Part shown: positions 36,942 to 48,350 of the stretch, piece after piece | Layout: every line of letters begins with the position of its first letter | Position numbering within the stretch: the first letter of the stretch is position 1 | Origin: Lama guanicoe | Taxonomy: Eukaryota | DNA length: 64,000 nt | Direction: 5' to 3' | Assembly (NCBI GenBank): GCA_013239625.1 | Contig: MU053934.1 | Location: 4,544,399-4,608,398 of the forward strand | Made by a program: the position numbers and the translations under genes | The notes under the pieces: generated by a model | Database searches by the model: none | Told to the model about the DNA's origin: nothing | What the model saw: only the letters and a program-made list of their open reading frames with translations

Positions 36942-39869
36942 GCCGGCCTGGCTTCCAGAGGCAGGGAGCCCTAATCATGCCCGGTGGCAAGGCTGGGGGG
37001 CGTCCTACCGCCTGGACTGGCCGGGATGCCAGGGTGTGCAGGGCAGTGGAAGACTGGCTTGAGAAGCCGGTTAAGACTCACCACATACTCACTCATTGCC
37101 TCTTTTGTTTCTTCTTCATGTGTCCGTTCACTCAGTAAACATTTATTGAGCAACTGTTTTGTGCCTAGTGATGAATCAGATGTGGTCCCTGGCCTCAGGA
37201 GCCCACAGGCTGGAGAGGGGAAGGCAAAACGAAATCACCCCCAGATGGACTACTGCAGGCTGTTGGAGGGTTAGAGGTGGCTCCACACATGGGCTGCCAG
37301 GGTGCTGAGCTGTGGGCACAGTGTGGGAGCCTGTCCCATGGCTGTGACATGAAGGCCGATTTTACAGTCCCTGTGGAGGCTGGCTGCCAAGGGGGGCCTG
37401 GCCAAGGACATCAGGGGGCTCCTGATCTGGCTCTGTTCTCATGTGCTGTGTGACCCTGGGCAGACCCCTGCACCTCTCTGAGCCTCAGTCTACTTCCCTC
37501 AGCTGAGGAGTGATAATAGACCAACTTCTCAAGGCTGTTGTGCAGGTGAAACAAAGGTTGGCACAGGGCTTGGCACAGAGATGCTCAATAAATGTAGGCT
37601 CTTTTGTTCATTCGTTCATTCATTCTCTCCAAGGAGTCAGGGATACCTCCATAATCTCTACTTTGGCGAGTGATTCCCGTGTGGTGAGTCCCTGTTCTTC
37701 CAAAGGACTTTGGCCTCCAATTCTACACAGGTTGCCTTTTGGGGCCCTCAGCTGCCTGGGCAGGAATCCACCTATCCCTCCACTCTCTGCAGGAGTTGAG
37801 GAGGTGATGGAGCACAGACTGATCCCCAGAGCAAAGTACTGCACGGTGGAGATGCTGCAGAGAGTACACCTGCTCTAAAGAAGCAGGGCCAGGTGGACCG
37901 CCAGGTCCCTGGGCTCTGAGCAGATCTCCCAGCCTCCCCTCTGCACCTCAGTCCAGCAGGGACCTACCCCCTTGCATAGCTCCTGTCTGTGGCTCCTTGA
38001 ACACGATGGCCAAGGAAAGCCTTGACGAAATAGGGACAGAGGAGTGACCACAGAGATAGCACTGGGTGCTGGTAGCCACAGGCCCCTCCCTGGAAGGGTC
38101 CAAGGTCATCTGCTCCAGGCCTTTGCCTCCATGCAGGACACCGGCCTGAATAGCGAAGCCAGGGAGCTGCGGGAGGACCAGGTCTGCAGAAATTCCTCTC
38201 AGGGACTCATTCATTCATTCCCTGTGTGCTCTTGTGGACTCGCTGATGGCTCAAGGGTGCTGAAGATGTGGCCCCCACCCCAGGGGGGCTTTCCACCTCC
38301 TGCTTCTCCAGGCTCCTGCATTGAGCCCCTCGCAGCCAGGACCTCATCCTAACATAGTGGAAAATACAAGAGGACCACTCCTGATTTTCTCAGCCCGTCT
38401 CTTTGAGGCCTGACCTGCCTTTCCTAGACCCCTGGCACTTTGTTTTAAACAGCCACTTTCCAGGGAGGGCTTCCCCTCTGACCTTTTCCAGTGACATAAA
38501 TTAAAAGCTAATGCATAGTCACTGGGCTTCTGGAACTTTCTGGAATAAAATGCCAAGCACACTTCACCCCCTGCCTCTCATCTGCTGGCCCTTTTGGCTT
38601 CCTGGTTGACTTAGATACTGATCAAAAGGAAGGAAGTGGGAAGGGCCCTGGTCTGGGAAGGGGCAGAGCCCTGTGTCCCAGATCTGGGTTCTGGTACTAA
38701 CCCTGCCATGAAGCCTCCCTTTTCTAGGCCTCAGTCTTCCCAGGCCCCAAATGGGAGTATGTAGAACATTAGCCGTTTTCCATCATAAGCAGATAACCTG
38801 GGTTGGGAAGATCTCTGGAGAAGGCTCTCAAGTGAACCTATAAACAGTTTCTTTTAATGACAGATTTAATTTCTTTCCTAGTTTGGTGTGGTCAGTGTCA
38901 TTGTCCTTAATAACAATGTAATTGCTTTTACTGAAAAAGAATTTTCTACCTATGCATGTGTGCTGTAGACAAGTCCTTCTCAGCTGGGTCCTATGAAAGA
39001 AGGGCTTCAGTGGTCAGATAGGGTTGGCAAGTGTTGCTTGCCATAGATTCTCCCAGCATACATTAAACAGTCAAGGCTCTGACAAATCCTATGGTCCTGA
39101 AACTTGTTTCTTTCTCTTTAACTCAGTTTCCCAATCTTGTTTGACCAAGTATTCAGTTAGAATTAGGTTCAGCAGCAAATGCAAAAATCACAAATAACAG
39201 TGGTTTAAACAAAGTCCAAGTCTGGGAAGACAGCCCAGGGCTGGCATAGGGGCTCCAGAAGTCTTTAGTGGCCCAGACCTCTTCCATCCCTACAATTGGC
39301 TCATGGACCTCATGGTCCATGATTGCAACTAGAGCACCAGCTATCACATCTGCATTCGCGGCATCAGGTCAAAGGGTGGGACAAAGAACTTGAGGGAGAC
39401 CCTTTGGCCAGAACTTAGTCATATGGCTATGCCTAGGTGCAAGAGAGACAGAATAGCTTTTAGGAGATACCAACAGTTCTCTGTCCCACCAGGAAGCTTT
39501 TTTTCCCTTTCTGCATAACACCCTGAAAACACAGTTTGAGAAGGATGCTGTGGCCTTCGGGCCATTTTAACATCCACAGTGGAAACTCTAGAATTTCTGG
39601 TGGCTCAGAGTGACCTCTGGGATTAGGGGACATGGAGCAGGTGATTTCTGAAGTTATTTCTGGCTAGACAATGTAGTTCTGGGCTGGCTGCCAGGACAGC
39701 CTTCATTCCCCCAAGTCAAGCTTGGTTTTATCCTGGGTGCTTTGAGGATATTTAACCCTCTACTGCATGTGTCCTGTGAACTAACCTCCACTAACCCAGT
39801 GCTCTTGTCTGTCTCTCCCCTAACCATCCCCTCCCGCCTGTCCTTGTCCTCGCCAACCCCCATCCCCAG

Positions 39870-40091
39870 GCGGGCCAGGCTGTGCTGGCCTTCCAGCGAT
39901 ACCAGATTGGCGCCGACTCGGCCCTCTTCTCCCAGGACTACATGGACCCCAGCCAGGACTCCAGCATGCCTTACGCCCCCTACGTGGAGCCCAGCGCCGG
40001 GCCAGACCCCACCGGCATGGGCGGCACCTACCAGCAGCCGGCCAACACCTTCGACACTGAGCCCCAAGGCTACCAGTCTCAGGGCTACTGA
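39870..40091 (+). CDS. SYNGR1: Synaptogyrin-1 distal terminal exon (isoform 1a type, 234 aa total)
   Basis: CAG ending at 39869; AGQAVLAFQRYQIGADSALFSQDYMDP...EPQGYQSQGY-stop, the Tyr/Pro/Gln-rich cytoplasmic tail. Confidence 0.98.
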   Translation, partial: AGQAVLAFQRYQIGADSALFSQDYMDPSQDSSMPYAPYVEPSAGPDPTGMGGTYQQPANTFDTEPQGYQSQGY

Positions 40092-43000
40092 GCCGCAGTG
40101 ACCGGCTGCCCCTGCCCTACCCCAGCTGCCCCCTGCCCTCTCCCTCCACACCCGACCCTCTGCTCCCTCCCAGGCTGCCCTGCTTAGTGCCTCCAGGTGG
40201 TTTCACTGAGGTCCAGGGCAGCTCTGGTGGGATGGGGCAGTAGGTGTTGGGGCGATATCCCAGTAAGTTGTGTCCAGCAGGCCCCTGGGGGGTTTGCATT
40301 CATTCTTTGTGTCTTCGAGCAATCATTGAGCACCTACTGTGTGTCAGGCCTGTTCTGGGCAGAGTGGCGAAAGACAAATGGTTCCCGGAAAGGGGGAAGA
40401 GATGTAGAGGGGGCCCTGCGGGTACCAGAGGGAAAGGTCGGCCGGGAATGTTTGGCTATGGTGTGTGACTGGGGGCTGTCACCCACTAGGATTGACACAG
40501 TCCCCCTGCTTGGAGTGTTTGGGCCGTCTCCATGTTATGGTTGAGGAAACTGAAGCGTGGAGAAGTCAAGAAGCCCAGTGTCACTCAGGCAGCCAGTGAT
40601 GGAGGTGCAACCAAGGCCAGGCTGCCCGACTTCGGAGCACCTGCTGTCCCCTGTCCTCCCTGCCTCCCCCTATCCCTGAGCCAGGGGCTCCACTGCTCAG
40701 TGCTACTGTCACTCTAGGAGGCCTTGGGGACCTCAGCCCGTGAGACACCCTGATTCTGCTGCAAGCCAGGGGCCTATTCTGCCCTGACTGTTCCCCCTAG
40801 CGGGACAGCTCTGCCTCCAGGCCCCTCTCCCCACATCTCATGACCCCTCTCCGGCCTCCTCCCAGGGCAGGAGAGCCGAGAGGGCTCGCCTCACTCCCTC
40901 GGTCCCCTGTCCTGCTCTGTGCTGTGCTTATCCCATCGGGATCTCCAGCACCCCTTCATGGTCTCCTGAAGGACTGACTGCTGTCCCTGCCTCTAGAAGG
41001 GGCTTGCTAAATCCCTGCCTGGGGCTGGGTGGACAAGGAGGCCCAGAGCGGGGAGCGACCGGCCCAAGGTCACAGTGAGTGAGTGGCAGAGCTGGGCTTG
41101 CTACCTGGGCTTCTTGGCCCCAGGCACCCAGCAGGTGCCCCATTCCCTGCCCTTGTGACCTCCCAGGAAACAGAGCTGATCTGGGACACTGTGTCATCTT
41201 CCCCTCATCCGGGCTCAGCCAGGGATAGTCAAGGACATGGAGGGTCCCTCTTCTGGCCTTCCAGATGGTCTGCCAAGGGTCTGGTCTCTCTGTGGGAGGA
41301 CAGGGGCTCTAGACCCAGCAAGGCCAGCCTGCAAGCTGCTGCCATGGGACAAAGTGTCCCCAGGGTGAATGGTGAGAGCCCTTGGTACATATGAAAGGCT
41401 CAGGGAGGCCACAGGCTGAAGGGGAGAAGGGCAGGTGTCCCCAAGGGCACAGGGAGGGTTGTAGAGGGCAGGGAGGGACTCTGGCACAACCTGCGCTCTT
41501 CACTGAGTCTTAAGGGATGAGGAGGCCTTGAAGAGGGGAGAGAGGTGTGGGAGACCTGGGGCCCAGCATCCACCAGCCAGTCCTCAGGGAGCAGGGCAAC
41601 GGGGTTGTGGACGTTCCCACCACCAGCCCCCACAAGAACCCGAAGAGGCAGGTACTATTCACTCACCTGCCTTTTGGTTCAGCAGTTATGAGACATCTGT
41701 GCCAGGGATAGTGTGAGGGTAGGGTCCCTGCCCCAAGGAGCAGATGTCAGATATGAGCATTAAACCAATATCTGTACCCAGGGTCCATTACAGGGTGAAG
41801 TGCTATTCGAGTGCATGACGGGCTGAGGGCCCTGAGGAGCGGCCCTGCGGATGGGCAGGAGTTAGCCTGGCAACCAGGGGAGGAGGGGGGATTTCCCAGG
41901 CAGAGAAGTAGCATCATTGTCCCCGCTTAACAGAAGGGGAGAAAGGCTCAGAGCCTGTGAGTGAGTTAGTGAAGCATGGATTGGGTCTGGTCACGTCCTC
42001 CCAAGGGACAGCAGTGACAGGAGAGGACCCCAGACAGCCGAGTGACAGCTGCTTGTTGCTGACTTTGGTTTTCCATGTCTGGGGAAGGGGCTGTATCTAT
42101 GGTTCTCTCCCTTGGGTGGCCCAAGTAGGGACAGGATGGGATCATAGTATCTGCCAGGCTGAGCAGTGGAACCTGTACCAGCCCAGAGGTTTGTGAAGCA
42201 GATGAAGGTATGGGTGGGCATGGGTTTTTCTGGCAGAGAGAAGTTCTGTGCCAACGCAGGATGCTGTGAAAAGCCCACCCCCTCGCCCACTCCCTACCAA
42301 AAGCCTCCCTTGCTGATGGGCAGTGGAGACCTAAGGATGCTGCCCATCTGTTCTCCCTGGGTGCTGACCAGCTGCTGATGATGCTGGGCTAGAGGGCAGG
42401 GTACCATTTAAGCTTCACCCAACCCCTGGGTGTTTATTACAGTCTCTCCCTGCCACCCCAGAATGGGAAGTTTATAAGACCCCTGCCAGGAGTAGGGGGT
42501 GCTGAATCATCTCAGCATCCTCCACTCGTCCTGGGTGCAGCCCAGACAGGATTGGTCCTACTGTCAAGCTGTGCGGTAGGGAAGGCGAGAAACAGTGGAT
42601 GAGAGATTTGGAGGGCAGGATATGATTGTGACCCGGGGCTCCTGACTCCCCTGCGGGGTGGCTGGTGGGGAAGCCTTGCCCCTGTTGGCTGAGGATAACC
42701 TCCTGGGGGCCTCAAGCTTAGAGTCTGTGCTCACAGGCCAGCGGTATCCCTTTTTCCCTTCCTGCTGCCCTCTTCTGCCTCCCCTTTGCTTCCAAGCCCT
42801 TCCTTGGAGAAGGGCACCCTTGCAGCCTGACCTTGCTGAGTTTGGGCTCCCTCCTTCCATCAAGCGCAAGAAAGGACCAAGGAAAACTGGGTTCCACATA
42901 AGTTTAGAGCTGCAAGGATGCTTAGATGTGGAGAGTTGGGCCAGGAAGACAGTGACTTGTCCAATGTCAAGCACAGAGCTAGAGTTTCGGGATCCAGGTC

Positions 43001-43483
43001 TTCTGCCTCAGAGTTGACACTGATCCTGCACAGTCACAGGCCATCTGCCTCGGTGCGGCTTCTGGTCCACCTAGGGGTGTAATAGTTGAGGGACTAATTC
43101 CCAGAGTACCGGCTTCTGTTCCCCACTCCAAACTTCCCTGGTGATTCTTGACCTTCAAAGACTCTTGGGGGTCCCAGGCTTCCCCCATGTAACCAAGAGC
43201 CCCCATATTACCCTTCAGGGGCCCCCAACCTTGGCCCAAGACCCCTTTGATTCTCTTAAGGAGCACAAAGGGGGAACACCTCTCCTAAGAGTTTGTGGGA
43301 GGATGGACTTGTCCATCCATCTCCCAGCGCTGCCCCTTGATGTGATACTCCCCATCTCCTGGTGCCCACAGCCCTTGTCTGGGTGCCCCGGCCCTTCCCG
43401 CAGCATTACTGCCTGTGTATAGTATAAATATATATATATTTTCTATATATAAGATGTATAATATAAGGCTCCACAAATATATC

Positions 43484-43509
43484 TGTGTGTGTGTGTGTGT
43501 GTGTGTGTG
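43484..43509. repeat. (TG)n microsatellite in the SYNGR1 3' UTR, next to an AT-rich tract (about 43418-43482)
   Basis: Read directly from the sequence. Confidence 0.95.
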
Positions 43510-43667
43510 CAGTGAATGGCAGTCCCCATCCTGGGCCCCGACTCTAGACTCCCCCACCACCTGGTTAAGTCTCAAGAGTGAATCCAGTGGCCCCTTGGCA
43601 CCCTCCTTTATGACATCCATCCATTTGTGGTGAACCAAGTGAAGGTGGTGACTTCTGGTGACATAGT

Positions 43668-43735
43668 AATAAAGTGAAGACTCAAAACCCACCAGCGGAT
43701 TGCTGAGTGTCACAGTGTTTTTTTGTTCTTCTTGA
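43668..43735 (+). terminator. SYNGR1: Distal SYNGR1 polyadenylation signal with a downstream GU/U-rich element
   Basis: AATAAA at 43668-43673, followed by gtgtcacagtgtttttttgttcttc. This implies a 3' UTR of about 3.6 kb. Confidence 0.8.
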
Positions 43736-44734
43736 GTGTGGCTTGGCATTGCCCATCCCCTCTGTCTCCCCTGACCTGGAACATACTTTATTTGTTCATT
43801 ATAGTTTGCTGAAAAGTAAAATCATTACAGTTGAAGCCAGTGCCCCACAACATTACGTGTAGTGCACCACTCCCTATCCTGGTCCCATCCCCAACCACCA
43901 GAGGCAGCCAAGATTAGGAGCTTGACCTCATTCCTTCCAGACCATTCCCATGCTCTTATGGACACATATGTTTGCAGGACAGTGTTTTTAAAGTTAGTAG
44001 CCATGAGCTGGCACAGTATTTATCCAGATCCTATAAAGGGCCCAACACTGTGCTGAGCCCTAGGAGTTCAACACTGAACCAGGTAGACAGCCCCTGCCCT
44101 GGCACAGGTGGTCTTCCAGCAGGTAGGTGAATGTTAAACCAACAAGCAAGCAAAAATCTAAGGTGTGTTAAGTGCTGAGAGAATGTCAGAAGATGGAGTT
44201 TAGACCTGGGCTCAGACACAGCCCCTCTGAGCAGATGACCCTTAACCTGAGCTCTCTAGAATGAACAGGGCTTTGATGGCAAGAAGGTGGGCTGGTGAGC
44301 ATTCTGAAGAGAGGAACTGGAATGCAGGGAAGAGCTTGGGAGCTGTGGACACACAGGAGAGAATGCAGAGGGACAGGCTGACAGTACTTGGGTTCCATGT
44401 CACAGGGCCTTGAGGCCTTGAGTAGGGATTTGGTTACTTACAACTGTATGGAACCCACTGAAGGGCGGCGGGTGACCATCCTGGTGTGTGCTTTAAAAAG
44501 ACAATGGTAGTCAAGAGGTTGCTGCCCATTGTCCAGACATGATGGTCACCATGGTGATGAGAAGAGTGGAAGAAGTCAAGATACATTTGACGAAGGAGCA
44601 GATTGGTAAATGATGGACTGAGTAAAGAGGGGTGCTGTAGGTATGATAAAGTCTCCCAAATACTAGAAGCAGCACTGGAGGTTAGCACTGGAGGAGCAGG
44701 GGAGCTCGGCACTCTGTGTGGATCTGTCCGTCAC

Positions 44735-45010
44735 AGTGCTGGCCACGCCCACTTTCCTGTTGTCTGCAAGTTCCGCCTCAGTCCCGGTCTGGGAAGTCGC
44801 CGCTGGGCCTCTAATTGGACAGAGGTGAACACGTAATCTGCGGGCTGTCCCCTTATAGGCTGACGGGTGCAAAGGGTGGGATAGGGGCTTTATGGCTAAG
44901 CCAATCATATTGCTTTCCTCCATAATGCGGCGGAGGGATTGGTCAGTTGGGAGTGGGAGGAGACCGGAAGAGGTGCGTATTTTGAGAGAAAGTGGAAAAT
45001 GGTAGGTTCT
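44735..45010 (+). promoter_or_regulatory. Orphan promoter-like motif cluster
   Basis: GGCCACGCCCAC (KLF/SP) at 44741; CCAAT boxes at 44814, 44901 and 44938; CCGGAAG (ETS) at 44964; locally raised CpG; followed by AAAATG|GTAGGT at 44996-45007. Confidence 0.55.
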
Positions 45011-45661
45011 AGTCTACCCAGGCTCTGTTCCTTTTGCTTTAAGGAGGCCTGAGGGCTGCCCACAATCAAAAGCTGGCCACCCCTGGAAGGCCCGCCCCTG
45101 AGGCTGCTGTCTCCCCATCCCCGCGTTAGAAAGTGGATCCCTGGGAGTGGAATGTGGAACACGCTGGCTTTGGCTTGACGCTAAGCCTCAAATGTGACAG
45201 CCTTTCCTCCCAGCCTCCAAGAAGATTAATTGAATTGTGATTATTTAGTGGTGACACTGCCTTCTATTTGTCCTTTCTGTCCTCATCATCGTTATTCAGG
45301 TAATTCCTTCACTCTTCACAGTTACCAGAGCACTTGTCACATACATTACCTGCTAAAGGACTTCAAAAATTGGCATGGTAGGACTCAGATCTGCCATCTG
45401 TGGTAGGGAGGGGATTCAGAAGAATGAGTCTCAGGTCGAGAAGATGGTTCCCAAAAAGGGATGCATAGGACATCACGGTGGAGAGTGTCATCTTTCCAAG
45501 ATGACCAGCCATCTACACTGCGATACGGGTTTTAAAAATGTGGTGAAAGTCATTCACTGGACTTAACGGGAGTCTGTAAAAGTCTGAAAGGGTTGTCACA
45601 GAGTCAGGACAATTTGGGGAAATGTGAAAATCCTTTTAAAAAAAATACTAGTTTTCAGAAT

Positions 45662-47436
45662 CAGGACCACTACATGATTTGCAGAGCCCAGTTCAAAATG
45701 AAAATGCAAGGCCTCGTGTTCAAAAAGCAATTAAAAAAAAGTGCAGTTAAAGACTAAAATATAAAGATTTTTCCTTTCAAAATATTTTACTACTTATAAT
45801 GATAAGTAAGGGGGAATAGTGATACTGAACACCATAAACCTAAAATTCCGAAAGTAATTTTGTTGTCATAATTTTATATAATAAACAATTACCTTGATAT
45901 GATATCTGATTGATCATTAGATTTTTCTGGCTCAGTTTTTTGCAAATTCATTTATTAAAGTCATCAAAGTGTACACTTTTGCCAACTTCATTTCAATTGA
46001 CATAATTGAAAGCTATGCTAGTCATTTTTGGCAAATGCAAGATCACAAATAATGCTTTATCATTTTTAATTTTGATGAGGATCTTTACGCTGATGTGGCA
46101 TCTTACTGGAGCTGTTAAGAATATTTCATAGGCTGTCACATGAGAAATTTCTGATAAACTGTTTCAAAATATAAACGTTAGTACATCTAGAGCTGATGTT
46201 TCTTGTGGAACAATTTTTCTAAAAAGATTTAACTCTTCATACAAACACTTTCATGTAAATCTGATTTGTATTTTACATGTAAATTTATACAGTGACATTT
46301 TAATGTTTCCCCTAACATATTCCGTTAACTTGTGGAAGTTGTACCAGAAACTGAAAGTGACTTCATGATTTGTATATAATTTTAATAACCTGTTTATGTA
46401 TTTGCTTGCTCTGTCTTTGATTGCAAGGAAAAAATAATTTTAAAATTGCCGTCCTTATGAATAGTGAAATTTCACATGAAAATAGAATTCTCTCCTGCAG
46501 AATATGATCTTTACATTTAATTTCTATTTCAAAGCCTATGAATGCTTGCTTTGCTATGCTGCAGCAGTTTTCAAAACCAGAAGTTCTAAGCTCTGAAGAA
46601 TTCTAACGACTCTGTGATATGCTTTATTGCAAAGTCCATGTGGGTGCTTTAGCTTTATCATAATTTACTGACAGTTTACTGCGTGAATTCCGGCAGTTCC
46701 TGTCCCAGACATGGGCCATAGAGCTTATATTTGTGTAGATGCGATAGGACAAGCTCTTCCACGTGGGGTCCCTTCTCTCGCTACCGCCTTGGTGGACAGC
46801 AGCCATCTTCTGCTGCTGCCAATCTGGCCGTAGATCCTGGCCCCTTGCAGCCCCACAGTGTCCCAGACTGCCCAGCCATGTGGGTGCACGCCGGGTGGCC
46901 AGGCCACCTGCCGGGCCCCCAGGCTGCCCACTGCCTGCCGTTCCTGCTGGCCAGGGCCTGCTTGCTGCCACCTGGTGTATCGTCTCTGCTCACACACATG
47001 CTTCATCATCTCATTGGACTGCTCTTATAAAACGAGTTCAAGGAGAAAATTATTAAGAATTTCAAGGGGGAGTGTATAGCTCAGTGGTAGAGTGCCTCCT
47101 TAGCATGCATGAGGTCTTGGGTTCAATCCCCACTACATCCATCAAAAAATAAAAAAATAAACCTAATTACCTGCCTCCTAAAGATAATTTGGAAGGAGGG
47201 TATAGCTCAATGGTAGAGTGTGTGCCTAGGATGCACAAGGTCCTGGGTCCAAATTCCACTACCTCTGTTAAAAATAAGTAGGTAAATGAAAAAATAAACC
47301 TAATTACCTCCACCCCCCCAACCAAAAAAAAAATTTCAAGATAGCTAATGCAGAGCATGAAACCAAGAGCTCTGTCCATTCTGAGAGCAGGGCCCTGGGT
47401 GACTGTACAGGTCACATGCCCATGAGTTCAGGCCTG
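45662..47436 (-). mobile_element. MER45R-like hAT-Tip100 DNA transposon with a transposase remnant
   Basis: Both MER45-type ends are present (minus-strand start CAGGCCTGAACTCATGGGCATGTGACCTGTACAGTC; plus strand caggaccactacatgatttgcagagcccag...aaaatgaaaatgca). The minus strand at about 45990-46140 gives a broken hAT dimerisation motif, IFLTAPV...RSSSKLKMIKHYL*SCICQK*LA*LSIMSIE. Confidence 0.8.
47067..47328 (+). mobile_element. Head-to-tail pair of tRNA-Ala-derived SINEs nested in the hAT element
   Basis: Two tRNA-like heads start near 47067 and 47191. The pair is flanked by AAGAATTTCAAG (47055-47066) and AAAAATTTCAAG (47329-47340). Confidence 0.85.
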
Positions 47437-47550
47437 CCCACAATGCTGATTCCAGCCCCTACTCTATTTCCCTGTTACTCTATTCTGAATCTTTTTTTCC
47501 CCTTCTTTTAGTCTCCTTGTCAATTAGATGACTACACTTGATTGTGGACC

Positions 47551-48350
47551 TGTAATATTGTGGTATAATAAGAAATACATATTTGGTCTTCATCTGTCCT
47601 GGTTCCTGGCACAGAGCTCCTAAGAGCCTTGGAATTTCTGAATGATGTGGGTAAGAGAAATGTTTTCTGTTATTCATAACAAGCTTCTTTCAACCCCACC
47701 TAAGCATATGTAAATGAGGTGATTTTCGGAAAGCCCCTAAGGATGGAGGTTGGTTCCAGGGGTACCAACCATGTGATTAGAACATTGGAACTTTCAGCCC
47801 TACCCTCTGACTTCTGGAGAGAGGGGAGGGGCTGGAGATTGAGTTCAATCACTAGTGGCTGATGGTTTAATCAATCATGCCTACATAATGAACCTGCCGT
47901 AAAAATCCTAACCAAAGGGGTTCAGAGAGCTTCCGGGTTGGTGCTGGGAGAATGGTGTGCCCACCCCATTCCACATGCCTTGCCCTATTCATCTCTTCCG
48001 TCTGGTTGTTCCCGAGATGTAGCCTTTTATAATAACAGGTAATAAGTAAGTAAAGCACCTTCCACAGTTCTGTGAGCCATTCTAGCAAATTATTGAGCCC
48101 AAGCAGGGGGTCATGGGAACTTAGGATTTATATCCAGTAGGTCAAAAATGGTATCCAGGGTGAAGGCAGTCTGTGGAACTGATCCCTCACTTGTGGGCTT
48201 GATTGGATGCTAACACCAGGTAGATGGTGCCAGAACTGTATAGGGTTAGGTAAGGACTCCCGGCTGGTGTCAGAGAACTGGTTGGTATGGGGAAAACGCC
48301 ACGCAGGTGGTGTCAGAAGTGTCAGTGTGAGTAGAAGTATAGAAGAAAAC
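47551..48350 (+). mobile_element. MER21-like LTR
   Basis: tgtaatattgtggtataataagaaatacatatttggtctt...ttcctggcacagagctcctaa...ggtgtcagaagtg pattern. Confidence 0.75.
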
